A stretch of DNA of 64,000 nt from an uncultured Pseudomonadales bacterium. Its GTDB lineage: Bacteria > Patescibacteriota > Microgenomatia > UBA1400 > CAYXSR01. The position numbers and the translations under genes were made by a program. Location of the stretch: contig CAYSEI010000001.1 of assembly GCA_964430265.1 (NCBI GenBank), forward strand, positions 154,786-218,785, read 5' to 3'. Below, one piece after another: positions 50,323-60,217 of this stretch. Below the pieces are notes generated by a model, which did not search any database, had not been told where the DNA came from, and saw nothing but the letters and a program-made list of their open reading frames with translations. Positions within the stretch are counted from its first letter, which is position 1. Each line of letters starts with the position of its first letter.

Positions 50323-52358
50323 ACTTGTCCTTTTAACTCAGCGCCTGTTTTTTCAACATTTTTAACTATTTTTCTTCTTACATCTGTAATCATATTATCA
50401 CTGAGGTTTTGAGAAGGATGCTGGAATGTAATTTGATATGTTTGACTGTTATTATAAGTGGTCTTTAATTTCACATCTTTAACAAGGTTGCTGGTTTTAT
50501 TTATATTATCAATAATATCTTTTGCATAAGTTTCGGGTGGAACAATAAAAGTTAAATCCTCAATTACCGGTGGATATTTAGGCAGGGGTGAAAATGTTTT
50601 TAGGTTGTTGGCAAGCTTTGCTATTTTAACAAAATCCAAATAAGCACATGTTACAGAATTAAGGTCATAATTTTTACTAATATTCTTTTTTAGCATACCT
50701 ATGTGTCCAAGAACTTCTTTGTTGCTCAGGATTAGAGCTGTTTTGTTAGTGCTCCAGATGTTGTCATCTACATCTAACGGTTCAAAGCTGAATTTAATGT
50801 TTAGATTGTCCAATAAGGCTTCACAAATACCTTTTGTCTGTAGATAGTCTTTTTCACTAAATTGATTTCTAATAATTATTAACATTTGTCTTTCCCGCGG
50901 CAATTTATTTTTTCGTGGTAAATAAACATTGGAGATCTCAAAAAGTTTAATTTCTCTTTTTTGTTGTTTGTTGTTTTGCAACACTGAAAGTAAAGAAGGA
51001 ATTAAGTTAGTTCGCATATATACCCATTCTTCGGAAAGAGGGTTTAGTAATTCTAAATGTGATTTTGGTTCAAGATTGGTTTTTAAAATATCTTTTTCTG
51101 ACTGTAAAGAATTGGTATATGTTTCTATTAATCCCCAACTGCAAAGTTTATGCTTGACTTTATCTTCCCAATAAAAACTTGAGTCCGGTTTTTTAGGGAC
51201 TTTTTTTAATTCAGGAAGTTCACTGGGTAGGTCAAAATACCCATATATTCTTGCAATTTCTTCAACAATATCCACAGGGATGTCAATATCGTTTTTTCTC
51301 CAGGAAGGGACAGTAACTGTTATCTCACTTTTATTTTTTGAAGTAATGTTTAAACCTAAAGAATTGAGTATCTTTTCTACTTTAGATATTTGAATTGAGA
51401 CGCCCAGATACTCTTTTATTAATTGAAGTTTAAGCTTAATTTCTTTTTCTTTGTATGGTTCCGGATATAAATCAATAATATTGCTGGCGACTTTAGCATT
51501 TGCAACTTTTTTTAATAATTCAATTCCTTTTAACAAAGTAGGCATTACCAATTCCGGGTCTACCTGTTTTTCAAATAAAGTAGCTGCTTGGGTGCGGTGT
51601 GCAAGTTCCATGGAAGTTTTTCTAATATGTTTTGGTTCATAATTTTGTACAAATAAAAGTATTTTTTTTGTGTTTTTATCTACTCTGCTGTTTTCTCCAC
51701 CCATGATTCCGCAAAGGTCAATTAATTTGCCTGCACCGTCCTCAATAACAATGTCTCCGCCCATCAGCTTATGTGTTTTCCCGTCCAGGGTTTTAATTTT
51801 CTCGCCTTTTTTTGATTCTCTGAGAATCATTTTATTTTTTGCAATTTTTTCATAGTCAAAAACATGCACTGGTTGTCCCATTTCATGCATTAAGTAGTTT
51901 GATATATCAATAACGTTGTTTAAAGATCTATAACCTACTTTTTCCAACTTATCTTTTATCTGCTTTGGGGATTCTTTGACAAAAACATTTTCCAATACTA
52001 CTGCAGTAAATCTGGAACAAAGTTTTTGATCTTTAATCTTCACATTCAACTCCGGTATTTCTTTTTTTACTTTTAACTTATTGGTTGTGAGTTGTAATTC
52101 TTTATAGGGGTCTTGAGTTAGGAGTGAATCTTTATTAAATCTGTTTAAAATTGTATTTGCTTCTCTGGCAACACCCATAATTGACATTGCATCCGCCCGG
52201 TTGGTAGTAATTTCAATATCATAAACAAAGTCGTCTCCGACTTTTTCAATCATTTCTACCGAAGGACCGCAAAGTGAAACAAGTTCACCGATTTTATGTG
52301 GTTTAACATTTGTTTTTAAATATTCTTTTAGCCAAGAATGTGGTATAAGTATATTCAT
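50319..52358 (-). CDS. pheT: Phenylalanine--tRNA ligase beta subunit
   Basis: Typical N-terminus MNILIPHSWLKEYL, B3/4 and B5 domains, and position immediately downstream of pheS. Confidence 0.85.
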   Translation of the reverse strand: MNILIPHSWLKEYLKTNVKPHKIGELVSLCGPSVEMIEKVGDDFVYDIEITTNRADAMSIMGVAREANTILNRFNKDSLLTQDPYKELQLTTNKLKVKKEIPELNVKIKDQKLCSRFTAVVLENVFVKESPKQIKDKLEKVGYRSLNNVIDISNYLMHEMGQPVHVFDYEKIAKNKMILRESKKGEKIKTLDGKTHKLMGGDIVIEDGAGKLIDLCGIMGGENSRVDKNTKKILLFVQNYEPKHIRKTSMELAHRTQAATLFEKQVDPELVMPTLLKGIELLKKVANAKVASNIIDLYPEPYKEKEIKLKLQLIKEYLGVSIQISKVEKILNSLGLNITSKNKSEITVTVPSWRKNDIDIPVDIVEEIARIYGYFDLPSELPELKKVPKKPDSSFYWEDKVKHKLCSWGLIETYTNSLQSEKDILKTNLEPKSHLELLNPLSEEWVYMRTNLIPSLLSVLQNNKQQKREIKLFEISNVYLPRKNKLPRERQMLIIIRNQFSEKDYLQTKGICEALLDNLNIKFSFEPLDVDDNIWSTNKTALILSNKEVLGHIGMLKKNISKNYDLNSVTCAYLDFVKIAKLANNLKTFSPLPKYPPVIEDLTFIVPPETYAKDIIDNINKTSNLVKDVKLKTTYNNSQTYQITFQHPSQNLSDNMITDVRRKIVKNVEKTGAELKGQV

Positions 52359-53395
52359 TAAAACTGCCTCAAAAACTTAATATCATTGCTGTATAGCAAG
52401 CGTAAATCATCAACTTCCAAGCCTTCTTTCATTAGATATGTTCTTTCCACTCCCCAGCCAAAAGCAAAACCGCTGTACTTATTGGGATCAAGACCGCCTG
52501 CTTTTAAAACATTGGGATGAACCATTCCAGCGCCTCCCAATTCATGCCAGCCGCTCTTGCAAGTTTTACATCCTTTACCCAAGCAAAGCGGACAGTTAAT
52601 GTCAACTTCAAAAGATGGTTCGGTAAATTCAAAATTAAACGGACGCAAGCGTGTTTTTCTACCTTTTCCGTAAAAGTTTTGGGCAAAATAATCGGTTACT
52701 CCCTTAAGGTGGGCAATACTTATATTTTTATCAATCACTAATCCTTCAAACTGATGAAACATTGTTGTATGTGTAACATCTTGTTGTCTGCGGTAACATT
52801 TAGCAATATTAATCATTCGGATTGGCGGTTTTTTGAGTCGTTGCATTTCCCTAGGTTGACCTGAGGAAGTATGGGGTGTTAAAACCATTTTACCAAGCTT
52901 TGGGTGTTGCGGAGCATCAATAAAGTATGTTTCCCATTCGTCTCTTGCAGGATGGTCCTTGGGCATGTTTAATGCTTCAAATGCATACCAATCCCATTCA
53001 ACTTCCGGGTATCTGGCGCGGATAAATCCAATTTGTTTAAAAATCTCGCTAATTTCATTGATTGCTTGAGTAACTAAATGCAGATGTCCCTGCGAAGGTT
53101 TGATACCGGGTTTGGTAACGTCAAACCATTTATCCGTAGTTTTCTTTTCCAAGCGCTTTTTTTTGGAGATTATTGCTTTATTTAAGGTTTTTTTAATATT
53201 ATTTAGTGTTTTTCCAGCCTCTCCTCTATCTTCCGGTTCTAGTTCTGGTATTTTCTGGGTGAGCTGGTTTATTTTACCTTTTCTTCCGAGAATAGATGTT
53301 TCCAGTTCATTAAGTTCTTCAAGGTTACCAACATCTTCAATTAAAGCAAGCGTTTCATTTTTAAAATTGTTAAGTTGTTTTTTTTCAAGTATCAT
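52358..53395 (-). CDS. pheS: Phenylalanine--tRNA ligase alpha subunit
   Basis: Class II motifs: PKDHPARDEWETYFID, FRPSYFPFTEPS-like FNFEFTEPSFEVD, and GWGVERTYLM. Confidence 0.9.
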   Translation of the reverse strand: MILEKKQLNNFKNETLALIEDVGNLEELNELETSILGRKGKINQLTQKIPELEPEDRGEAGKTLNNIKKTLNKAIISKKKRLEKKTTDKWFDVTKPGIKPSQGHLHLVTQAINEISEIFKQIGFIRARYPEVEWDWYAFEALNMPKDHPARDEWETYFIDAPQHPKLGKMVLTPHTSSGQPREMQRLKKPPIRMINIAKCYRRQQDVTHTTMFHQFEGLVIDKNISIAHLKGVTDYFAQNFYGKGRKTRLRPFNFEFTEPSFEVDINCPLCLGKGCKTCKSGWHELGGAGMVHPNVLKAGGLDPNKYSGFAFGWGVERTYLMKEGLEVDDLRLLYSNDIKFLRQF

Positions 53396-53407
53396 GTTTA
53401 TTTCAAA

Positions 53408-53437
53408 AAAAATCCCGATTTTAAATCGGGATTGAAC
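53408..53437 (-). terminator. Intrinsic terminator downstream of rplT (and upstream of pheS)
   Basis: Minus-strand perfect palindrome AAUCCCGAUUU/AAAUCGGGAUU followed by U8. Confidence 0.6.
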
Positions 53438-53514
53438 ATTCTATTGACAATCCCTTTAACTTAGTCGCTAAAAAATTTAAATTTACTGGCGTCTGTTAAA
53501 AGGATTATTTTCAT

Positions 53515-53859
53515 TTAGGCAGTCTTTTTTACAATTTCTTTAAAAGTATCCGGGTCTTTAACTGCAATGTCTGCAAGCATTTTACGGTTTAATTCAATCT
53601 TGTTTTCTTTTAGAGCGTGGATAAAACGGCTGTATTTTTTATTTAATGGTGTTAAAGCAGCATTAATCCTCTGTATCCAAAGCCTGCGCATATCTCTTTT
53701 GCGCAACTTTCTACCCACATATGCGTGTGCATCTGCTTTAAGTGCTGTTTCGTGTGCAACCTTATATAAACGGCTGCGTGTCATACGAAAACCTTTGGCT
53801 CTTACCAAAGTTTTTTTGTGTCTTCTCCTTCTGGTGGTCCCTGTTTTTACTCTTGTCAT
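53515..53859 (-). CDS. rplT: 50S ribosomal protein L20
   Basis: MTRVKTGTTRRRRHKKTLVRAKGFRMTRSRLYKVAHE. Confidence 0.95.
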   Translation of the reverse strand: MTRVKTGTTRRRRHKKTLVRAKGFRMTRSRLYKVAHETALKADAHAYVGRKLRKRDMRRLWIQRINAALTPLNKKYSRFIHALKENKIELNRKMLADIAVKDPDTFKEIVKKTA

Positions 53860-54059
53860 TTTTCTCCCAAAACTTTCTTAATTTTTTTTGCCATTCTCCC
53901 CTCAACCTTCTTCATTCGGCTTTGCCTGCGTTTTCTTTTGCTGGTCTTATTTGCCTTAAGATGGCGTGAGTGTGTACTCCTTCTGAGTACCTTTCCGTTT
54001 TTGGTTATCTTAAAACGTTTTTTAACTGATTTTGGTATTTTTATATCTTTTTTACCCAT
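53856..54059 (-). CDS. rpmI: 50S ribosomal protein L35
   Basis: MGKKDIKIPKSVKKRFKITKNGKVLRRSTHSRHLKANKTSKRKR. Overlaps the rplT start by 4 nt. Confidence 0.9.
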   Translation of the reverse strand: MGKKDIKIPKSVKKRFKITKNGKVLRRSTHSRHLKANKTSKRKRRQSRMKKVEGRMAKKIKKVLGEK

Positions 54060-54060
54060 T

Positions 54061-54567
54061 TTATTTTGGTTTTAATACTGTTGTTAATGTTTTTCCGTGC
54101 CACTTTGGTTTGGATTCTACTTCACCAAATTCTTCTAGTTCTTCTTTTGCCCTATCAATTACTTTATAGCCGAATTCCTTTTTAGTTATTTCTCGTCCCT
54201 TGAATCTAACGCTTACTTTGACTTTATTATTCTCCTTTAAAAATTCCTTTGCTTGTTTAATCCTTGTATTAAAGTCATTGTCAGCAATAAAAGGACTAAA
54301 CCGAATCTCTTTAGTTTCCTGGGTTTTACTCTTTTTTTTGCCGGCTTTTTCTTTTTTGTTCTGTCGGTATTTAAATTTATTAAAATCAATAATTTTACAT
54401 ACCGGTGGTTTGGCATTTGGTGCTACTTCCACCAGATCCAACCCTTGTTTCCTGGCTTTAAAAAGAGCCTTGTCCAAGGTAAGGACTCCTAGTTGTTCTC
54501 CTTTAGCGTCTACTAATCGTACTTTCTTGGCTCTAATATTCTGATTTAAACGGTAATATCGTTTCAC
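54061..54567 (-). CDS. infC: Translation initiation factor IF-3 (GTG start)
   Basis: VRLVDAKGEQLGVLTLDKALFKARKQGLDLVEVAPNAKPPVCKIIDFNKFKY. A non-AUG start (GTG at 54567) is typical for infC. Confidence 0.9.
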   Translation of the reverse strand: MKRYYRLNQNIRAKKVRLVDAKGEQLGVLTLDKALFKARKQGLDLVEVAPNAKPPVCKIIDFNKFKYRQNKKEKAGKKKSKTQETKEIRFSPFIADNDFNTRIKQAKEFLKENNKVKVSVRFKGREITKKEFGYKVIDRAKEELEEFGEVESKPKWHGKTLTTVLKPK

Positions 54568-54588
54568 TACCTGTAAATAATACCAAAT

Positions 54589-56337
54589 TTATTGTTTTTT
54601 CTCAATCTCTTTTTTTATTTTGCTTTTAAACTCTTTCCAGCTCATGGATCCCAGGCGGCCTTGTTTACGGTGTCTGACCGCAACTTTATCAGCTTCCTCT
54701 TCCCTACTGCCGATAATCAGCATATAAGGGATTTTTTGTTCTTCCGCTTCTTTAATCTTTTTTTGCATACTCTCGGATCTGGAATCAACTTCTACCCTAA
54801 TTCCTTCTTTTTTTAGTAAGGCTGCTTTTTCCTGTGCATATTCAAGATTATCTTCGGTAATTGGGATAATTACTGTTTGAGTTGGTGACAGCCAAACCGG
54901 GAAATTACCGCCGGTGTGTTCAATATATATTCCCAAAAATCTTTCCAAAGATCCTAATAAAGCGCGGTGGATTACGAATGGTTCTTGTGCTTGTCCGTTG
55001 CTGTCAATATATTCCATGTTAAACCTTTTTGGCAGATTAAAGTCAATTTGGATAGTGGCAAGCTGCCATCTTCTATCCATGGAATCAACTGCATCAATAT
55101 CTATTTTGGGTGCATAAAATGCTGCACCGCCAACATCGGTTTCATAATCAGAAACATTAATTTTCTTTAAAGCTTTTCTCAAAGTTTCTTCCGCTTGCCC
55201 CCATCCTTTGTTGCTGCCAAAATATTTGTCGATATTTTCCGGGTCTCTGGTTGAGAGCTTGAATATCAAATCCTCCAATCCCAGAGTTTTATAAATATAT
55301 TGGGTCAGTTTTAAAGCGTCAATTACTTCTTTTTCCAGTTGTTTGGGAGTGCAGATTATATGGGCATCGTCTTGTGTAAAAGCACGCGGACGTGTTAAGC
55401 CGTGTAGTTCCCCCGATTTTTCGTACCTGTAAACTGTTCCCATTTCCGTGTATCTGACCGGAAGGTCTCGATAACTTATTATTTCATGTTTGTACATTTT
55501 TACATGGAAGGGACAGTTCATTGGTTTAAGCCGGTATTTTTCTTTATCTACTTCCAAGGATCCATACATGCTTTCCGAATAAAATTCCAAGTGTCCGGAA
55601 TGTTCCCATAGCTTTTCCCTGCCTATATGTGGGGTTGAAACCAGCTGGTAACCTTCATCTATATAAGTATTTAAAGCAAATTGCATTAATTGGTGTCTGA
55701 TAAACGCACCTTTTGGCAGATACAATGGCAGGCCCTGCCCTACTTCATTGTCAAACATAAAAAGCTTAAGTTTTTTACCAATTCTGCGATGGTCTCTTTT
55801 TTTTGCTTGTTCAAGTTTTTCCAAATATTTGTCCAATTCGGCTTGGGAAGCAAAAGCGGTTCCGTAGATCCGGGTAAGCATTTTGTTTTTTTCATCTCCG
55901 TGCCAGTATGCACCGGCAATAGATAAAAGCTTAAATGCTTTTATTTTTCCGGTTGATTTGATGTGCGGGCCTTTGCAAAGGTCTACAAACTGATCACCAA
56001 CCCAGTAAACCGTAGCTTTTTCTCCTTCTTTTTCTATTTCCTCAAGCCATTCCTGTTTGTAAGGATTGTTTTTAAAAATGTCTCTGGCTTTGTCTATTTC
56101 TATTTCTTCTTTTCTAATTTCCAAGTCAGCATTAATAATTTTCTGCATTTCCTTTTCTATTTTGGGAAAGTCATTTTCCGATACTTCTTCACCATTTGGG
56201 TCAAAGTCAAAATAAAAGCCTTCATCTGTTGCCGGACCCATTGCCATTTTAATATCTGGATATAATCGCAGCATAGCCATGGTTAATATGTGTTCACAAG
56301 AATGTCTGATTTTTTCTAATTCATTATTTTTTTCCAT
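54589..56337 (-). CDS. thrS: Threonine--tRNA ligase, short form lacking the N-terminal TGS domain
   Basis: Begins at the editing-domain HSCEHIL (HxxxH). Class II catalytic motifs and a C-terminal anticodon-binding domain. 582 aa. Confidence 0.9.
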   Translation of the reverse strand: MEKNNELEKIRHSCEHILTMAMLRLYPDIKMAMGPATDEGFYFDFDPNGEEVSENDFPKIEKEMQKIINADLEIRKEEIEIDKARDIFKNNPYKQEWLEEIEKEGEKATVYWVGDQFVDLCKGPHIKSTGKIKAFKLLSIAGAYWHGDEKNKMLTRIYGTAFASQAELDKYLEKLEQAKKRDHRRIGKKLKLFMFDNEVGQGLPLYLPKGAFIRHQLMQFALNTYIDEGYQLVSTPHIGREKLWEHSGHLEFYSESMYGSLEVDKEKYRLKPMNCPFHVKMYKHEIISYRDLPVRYTEMGTVYRYEKSGELHGLTRPRAFTQDDAHIICTPKQLEKEVIDALKLTQYIYKTLGLEDLIFKLSTRDPENIDKYFGSNKGWGQAEETLRKALKKINVSDYETDVGGAAFYAPKIDIDAVDSMDRRWQLATIQIDFNLPKRFNMEYIDSNGQAQEPFVIHRALLGSLERFLGIYIEHTGGNFPVWLSPTQTVIIPITEDNLEYAQEKAALLKKEGIRVEVDSRSESMQKKIKEAEEQKIPYMLIIGSREEEADKVAVRHRKQGRLGSMSWKEFKSKIKKEIEKKQ

Positions 56338-56452
56338 TGAATCCTCCTTGATAAGATTTTAACACAAGAAATTGGTTGAACGAAGTATATGACCCCCTTA
56401 AGGGGTTGTAAATAAAAAAAGACTGGTAAAAGAAAAATGTTTTTTCATTCTG

Positions 56453-56526
56453 TGGGTTCGGTTGGACTTGAACCAACGACCTTTACGATGTCAACGTAAT
56501 GCTCTGGCCAACTGAGCTACGAACCC
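56453..56526 (-). tRNA. tRNA-Val(GAC)
   Basis: Manually folded 74-nt cloverleaf: acceptor GGGTTCG/CGAACCC, D-arm GCTC-AGTTGGCCA-GAGC, anticodon stem TTACG/CGTAA with loop TTGACAT, T-arm GTTGG-TTCAAGT-CCAAC. Confidence 0.85.
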
Positions 56527-56573
56527 GCATATGAAATGATACTCGATTTAGAGGTAAAATTCAAGAGATAAGT

Positions 56574-57242
56574 TTAGCCTTTTTGTGTGACCATGTATCT
56601 TTCGTGGCTGAGCATATATTTGGTGCCGGATTTTTTGACATTACCCCAATAATGGGATTTTTTGCTATTTCGGTTCTGCCAAGTCTGCATCCAGGTTTTT
56701 GAATCTGCAATTTGTTTTCTGGCAAGTATAACAATTTGTTTAATGTGGTCAAGAAAATTTAGATGATATACTCCGGGATCAACTATTTCCTGTTTGGTAG
56801 CTTTTTTAACCTCTTTATCCAATTCATTCGTCTCTTGTGCAAGCTTTTTTAATTCTTCCTGCAGCAACTTAATTTGCTGTTCAATTTCCTTATCCCGTTT
56901 GCTTTTTACTGCTTTTTCCTGCTCTCTTTTACTTTCAAATCTCTTTCTTTCCCTATATTTGATTTGTTCGTCTCGTGATTTTAAATACTCTTCAAAATCA
57001 AAAGCTGGTTCGGAGTTGTCCCTTTGTTTGTTTTCAAATACAGTTTGTTTTCCGGAATGGCCGCTGATTTGTTCCAGTGCATTTTTAGCGGTTCCGGAAG
57101 TGACTTCTTTGGTTTGTTTTTTAACCGAATTTCCCAAATCTTTTAAAGCTTCAATAAAATTGGCCGGTTTGTCACTCCCGCCCTTCTTTTTTTTCTGCTT
57201 TGAGAAATGATTAAAATGGTTAAATGGATCTTTGTTATTCAT
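56574..57242 (-). CDS. Hypothetical Lys/Glu-rich coiled-coil protein
   Basis: Long ORF with a charged coiled-coil centre and a conserved-looking C-terminus (HYWGNVKKSG). No motif recognised. Confidence 0.4.
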   Translation of the reverse strand: MNNKDPFNHFNHFSKQKKKKGGSDKPANFIEALKDLGNSVKKQTKEVTSGTAKNALEQISGHSGKQTVFENKQRDNSEPAFDFEEYLKSRDEQIKYRERKRFESKREQEKAVKSKRDKEIEQQIKLLQEELKKLAQETNELDKEVKKATKQEIVDPGVYHLNFLDHIKQIVILARKQIADSKTWMQTWQNRNSKKSHYWGNVKKSGTKYMLSHERYMVTQKG

Positions 57243-57309
57243 CTTTCAAAAAAAGCCCCTATTGTCAGGGGCAGATTTTGTAAAAAACTTTTTAATTTTG
57301 TGTATTCTA

Positions 57310-58203
57310 TCAGAGAGAAAGTAAGAAATCAATTGCCTTTCTCTTTGCCAGGATTGACGATAAATAGGCTCTTTCCATTGGCGTATTTAATCGTTCCTGT
57401 GTTTTTTCGTCCCCTGCATTTTCTATTGTTTTGTCAATCTCTTCTTTTTTTACCTTAATATCTTCCTGTTTAATGATTTCTTGCAAGATAAACTCCAGCT
57501 TTAAAGTTCTTTCAGTCTGCTTTCTGTGCCTTTTGCGCAGGTCCTCACCGGACATATTTTTTGAAGACAGATAATCTTCTAGATTCATGTCCATTTTGTC
57601 CAATTGATCCATGAAATTGGCTAAAGCCCGATCTGTTTCATTTTTAACAAGAAATTCCGGCAGTTCAACTTTTGCTTCCTTTAAAACAGCATCCATTGCT
57701 TTATTAAGCTTTTGGTTATAGCTTTCTTCTTTTTTCTCCTTTGGTTCACCTTTGTCCGGTGTCCAAAGTTCACTTTTTTTCTTGGCTTTTTTAATTGCTT
57801 TTTTGTAGTTTCCAAGGTCGACTTCGGGAAACTCACAAGAAGTGATTTTAATTATCCAGTCATTATCTTTTGCAATTTTAATGGGAGTGACCCTAGGAGA
57901 TGCAACCGGTTTTAGTTTTTTGTCCTGAACCGCCTGTGTATATACTTGCGGAACGTAATTTTGAATTACTTGGCTGAAAATTCTTTGTTTACCGATTTTT
58001 TCCTCTGCCATGTCAGCCGGAACTTTTCCTTTGCGAAAGCCCTCAGCTTCAATGTTTTTTGCCATTTCCTTAAGAGTTTTGCTATACAAGTCTTTGATTT
58101 TTTCCCAAGGGGTTGTAATTGTTAATTCAAAAGTGCTGTTTTCTTTTTTTCCCAACTCGACTTTTGATCCGAAATTATTATTTTGCTTTTTCTTTTTTGC
58201 CAT
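57310..58203 (-). CDS. tig: Trigger factor, truncated form (ribosome-binding and chaperone domains, no PPIase domain)
   Basis: TF signature GFRKGKVP in the N-terminal domain. Only 297 aa, against about 430 for the canonical form. Confidence 0.65.
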   Translation of the reverse strand: MAKKKKQNNNFGSKVELGKKENSTFELTITTPWEKIKDLYSKTLKEMAKNIEAEGFRKGKVPADMAEEKIGKQRIFSQVIQNYVPQVYTQAVQDKKLKPVASPRVTPIKIAKDNDWIIKITSCEFPEVDLGNYKKAIKKAKKKSELWTPDKGEPKEKKEESYNQKLNKAMDAVLKEAKVELPEFLVKNETDRALANFMDQLDKMDMNLEDYLSSKNMSGEDLRKRHRKQTERTLKLEFILQEIIKQEDIKVKKEEIDKTIENAGDEKTQERLNTPMERAYLSSILAKRKAIDFLLSL

Positions 58204-58325
58204 TGAAAAACTCCTTTAATTTAATTTTATTCGTTTTAATTTTATCATATAGCCTGTTTTTTGCAATCTGATATTTGGTATTTCTTCGGAAATTATTAGG
58301 TGTGCGGTAATGTGTTTTTCTTTTA

Positions 58326-59531
58326 TTACTCATATCTAAGTGCATCAATCGGATCCAGCTGCGAAGCTTTGTGTGCAGGAGCAACTCCGAAAACTATTCC
58401 TACCAAAGAAGAGATACTGAAAGCTAAAACAACCGACCATAAAGTAATGTGTGCGGGAAAGAGTTTGTTCAAAAAAAATGTTCCGGCCCAGGCAATAATA
58501 ATGGCAATAATCCCACCGCCGATTGACAAAATAATGGATTCGATTAAAAACTGCAGCCTGATATCCGCAGGCTTTGCACCAACGGCTTTTCTTAAGCCTA
58601 TCTCTTTTGTCCTCTCGGTAACGCTGACAAACATAATATTCATTATTCCGATTCCGCCTACAACCAAGCTTATAGCGGCAATTCCGCCCAAACCCGCTGA
58701 CAAAACTCCTAAAATATTGTTTACCGAAGATAAAATTTGTTCGGTTTCCACAACCGAAAATTCGTCATCATCCAGACGTTCTGATAATACATTTTCAACT
58801 TCCTCTTTTATGTCCGGAACATAGTCTTTGTCTTTTGCTCCAATAACAATACTGCTGTATTTGTTTAAATCCAAAAGGTTTTCGGCTGCAGTGATAGGTA
58901 CATATGCAACGTTGTCAATCTGGCTTCCCAGACCGCTTCTTCCTTTTTTTTCTGCAACACCAATAACTTGATACTTAAATGGTCCAAGGGTAACTTTTTT
59001 ACCAATGGGATCAATTGGAGAAAAAAGCTCTTCTTCAACATTGTATCCAATAACCACAACTCTTTTACTATTGTCAATTTCCGATTTATTTAAAAACCTT
59101 CCTTTTCCCAAACTTGTATCAACAATTGTATTGTAGTTACTGGTTGTGCCGATTACCTGTACCATCTTTGTTTCCCCGCGGTATTCAATGGTTTCCGCGC
59201 TCTCAATTATGGGAACAACTCCCTTGATGTTTTTTACTTGGCGCTCAATCGAATTGATGTCTTCAGGCGTGAATTTAAAATTGGGTACTAAAGCTTGCCC
59301 TCCTCCGATTGCACCGCCTTCTTCGCTTAGTTCTCCCGGAAGAACCAAGACTTGGTTTGCGCCCAAGGATTCAAACTGCTGGGCAACGTATTTTTTCAAT
59401 CCGGAACCGATTGACAAAAGCATAATTACACTGGAAATACCAATAATAATTCCCAATGAAGTTAGTGCCGAACGCAATTTATTGGTTTTAAGAGCCTTAA
59501 TACTGATACTAATTGTTTTTTGTATATCCAT
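58326..59531 (-). CDS. ABC transporter permease, MacB/FtsX-like
   Basis: N-terminal TM segment, a large periplasmic MacB-like domain, and the C-terminal FtsX 3-TM bundle. N-terminus LKTNKLRSALTSLGIIIGI. Confidence 0.8.
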   Translation of the reverse strand: MDIQKTISISIKALKTNKLRSALTSLGIIIGISSVIMLLSIGSGLKKYVAQQFESLGANQVLVLPGELSEEGGAIGGGQALVPNFKFTPEDINSIERQVKNIKGVVPIIESAETIEYRGETKMVQVIGTTSNYNTIVDTSLGKGRFLNKSEIDNSKRVVVIGYNVEEELFSPIDPIGKKVTLGPFKYQVIGVAEKKGRSGLGSQIDNVAYVPITAAENLLDLNKYSSIVIGAKDKDYVPDIKEEVENVLSERLDDDEFSVVETEQILSSVNNILGVLSAGLGGIAAISLVVGGIGIMNIMFVSVTERTKEIGLRKAVGAKPADIRLQFLIESIILSIGGGIIAIIIAWAGTFFLNKLFPAHITLWSVVLAFSISSLVGIVFGVAPAHKASQLDPIDALRYE

Positions 59532-60217
59532 TAATGCTTAATTATTTTTCCGTCCTTAATATTAATAATGCGGTTTGCGTACTTGGCAATGTTTTTATCG
59601 TGAGTCACTATTACAATTGTCCGGTCTTTTTTATTTAAGTCCTCAAGTATTTTCATAATTTCCTTTCCGGTTTTGCTGTCTACATTGCCTGTTGGTTCGT
59701 CTGCCAAAATTATTTTCGGATCATTTACCAAGGCTCTGGCGATTGCTACTCTCTGCTGTTGTCCTCCGGAGAGTTGATTTGGTAAATGGTTTATACGGTG
59801 GCCTAATCCTACGGATTCAAGAACTTTCTTGGCTTTTTTGTCACGTTCGCTTTTTTTAATTTTGTCGTTATATATTAAAGGCAGTTTGACATTTTCCAAA
59901 GCACTGGTTTTTTCCAACAAATTGAATTGCTGAAACACAAAACCAATTTTCCGATTCCTTATTTCTGCCAGATCAGTCTGGCTTAACTGGGAAACTTCTT
60001 CCCCTTCCAAATACACAGAACCTTTTGTTGGTTTATCCAAAAGTCCGACTAAGTTCATTAATGTGGATTTACCGGATCCGGAAGGTCCCATAATGGAGAC
60101 AAACTCACCTTGATCTATTTTTGTGGATGCGTTGGTTAAAGCATGGACCTTGTGACCGCCCAAGTCATATATTTTGGAAGCATTTTCAAGTTTGATTAAA
60201 ATCTCTTGCTTATTCAT
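59531..60217 (-). CDS. ABC transporter ATP-binding protein (MacB/LolD-type)
   Basis: Walker [16 protein letters not shown], signature [15 protein letters not shown], Walker [12 protein letters not shown]. Confidence 0.9.
   Translation of the reverse strand: MNKQEILIKLENASKIYDLGGHKVHALTNASTKIDQGEFVSIMGPSGSGKSTLMNLVGLLDKPTKGSVYLEGEEVSQLSQTDLAEIRNRKIGFVFQQFNLLEKTSALENVKLPLIYNDKIKKSERDKKAKKVLESVGLGHRINHLPNQLSGGQQQRVAIARALVNDPKIILADEPTGNVDSKTGKEIMKILEDLNKKDRTIVIVTHDKNIAKYANRIINIKDGKIIKH

Noticed and set aside
58178-58384. 68-aa basic minus-strand ORF between tig and the ABC permease
   Set aside because: It overlaps both flanking genes. The permease start [24 protein letters not shown] at 59531 is well supported, there is no RBS, and there is no ribosomal-protein signature.
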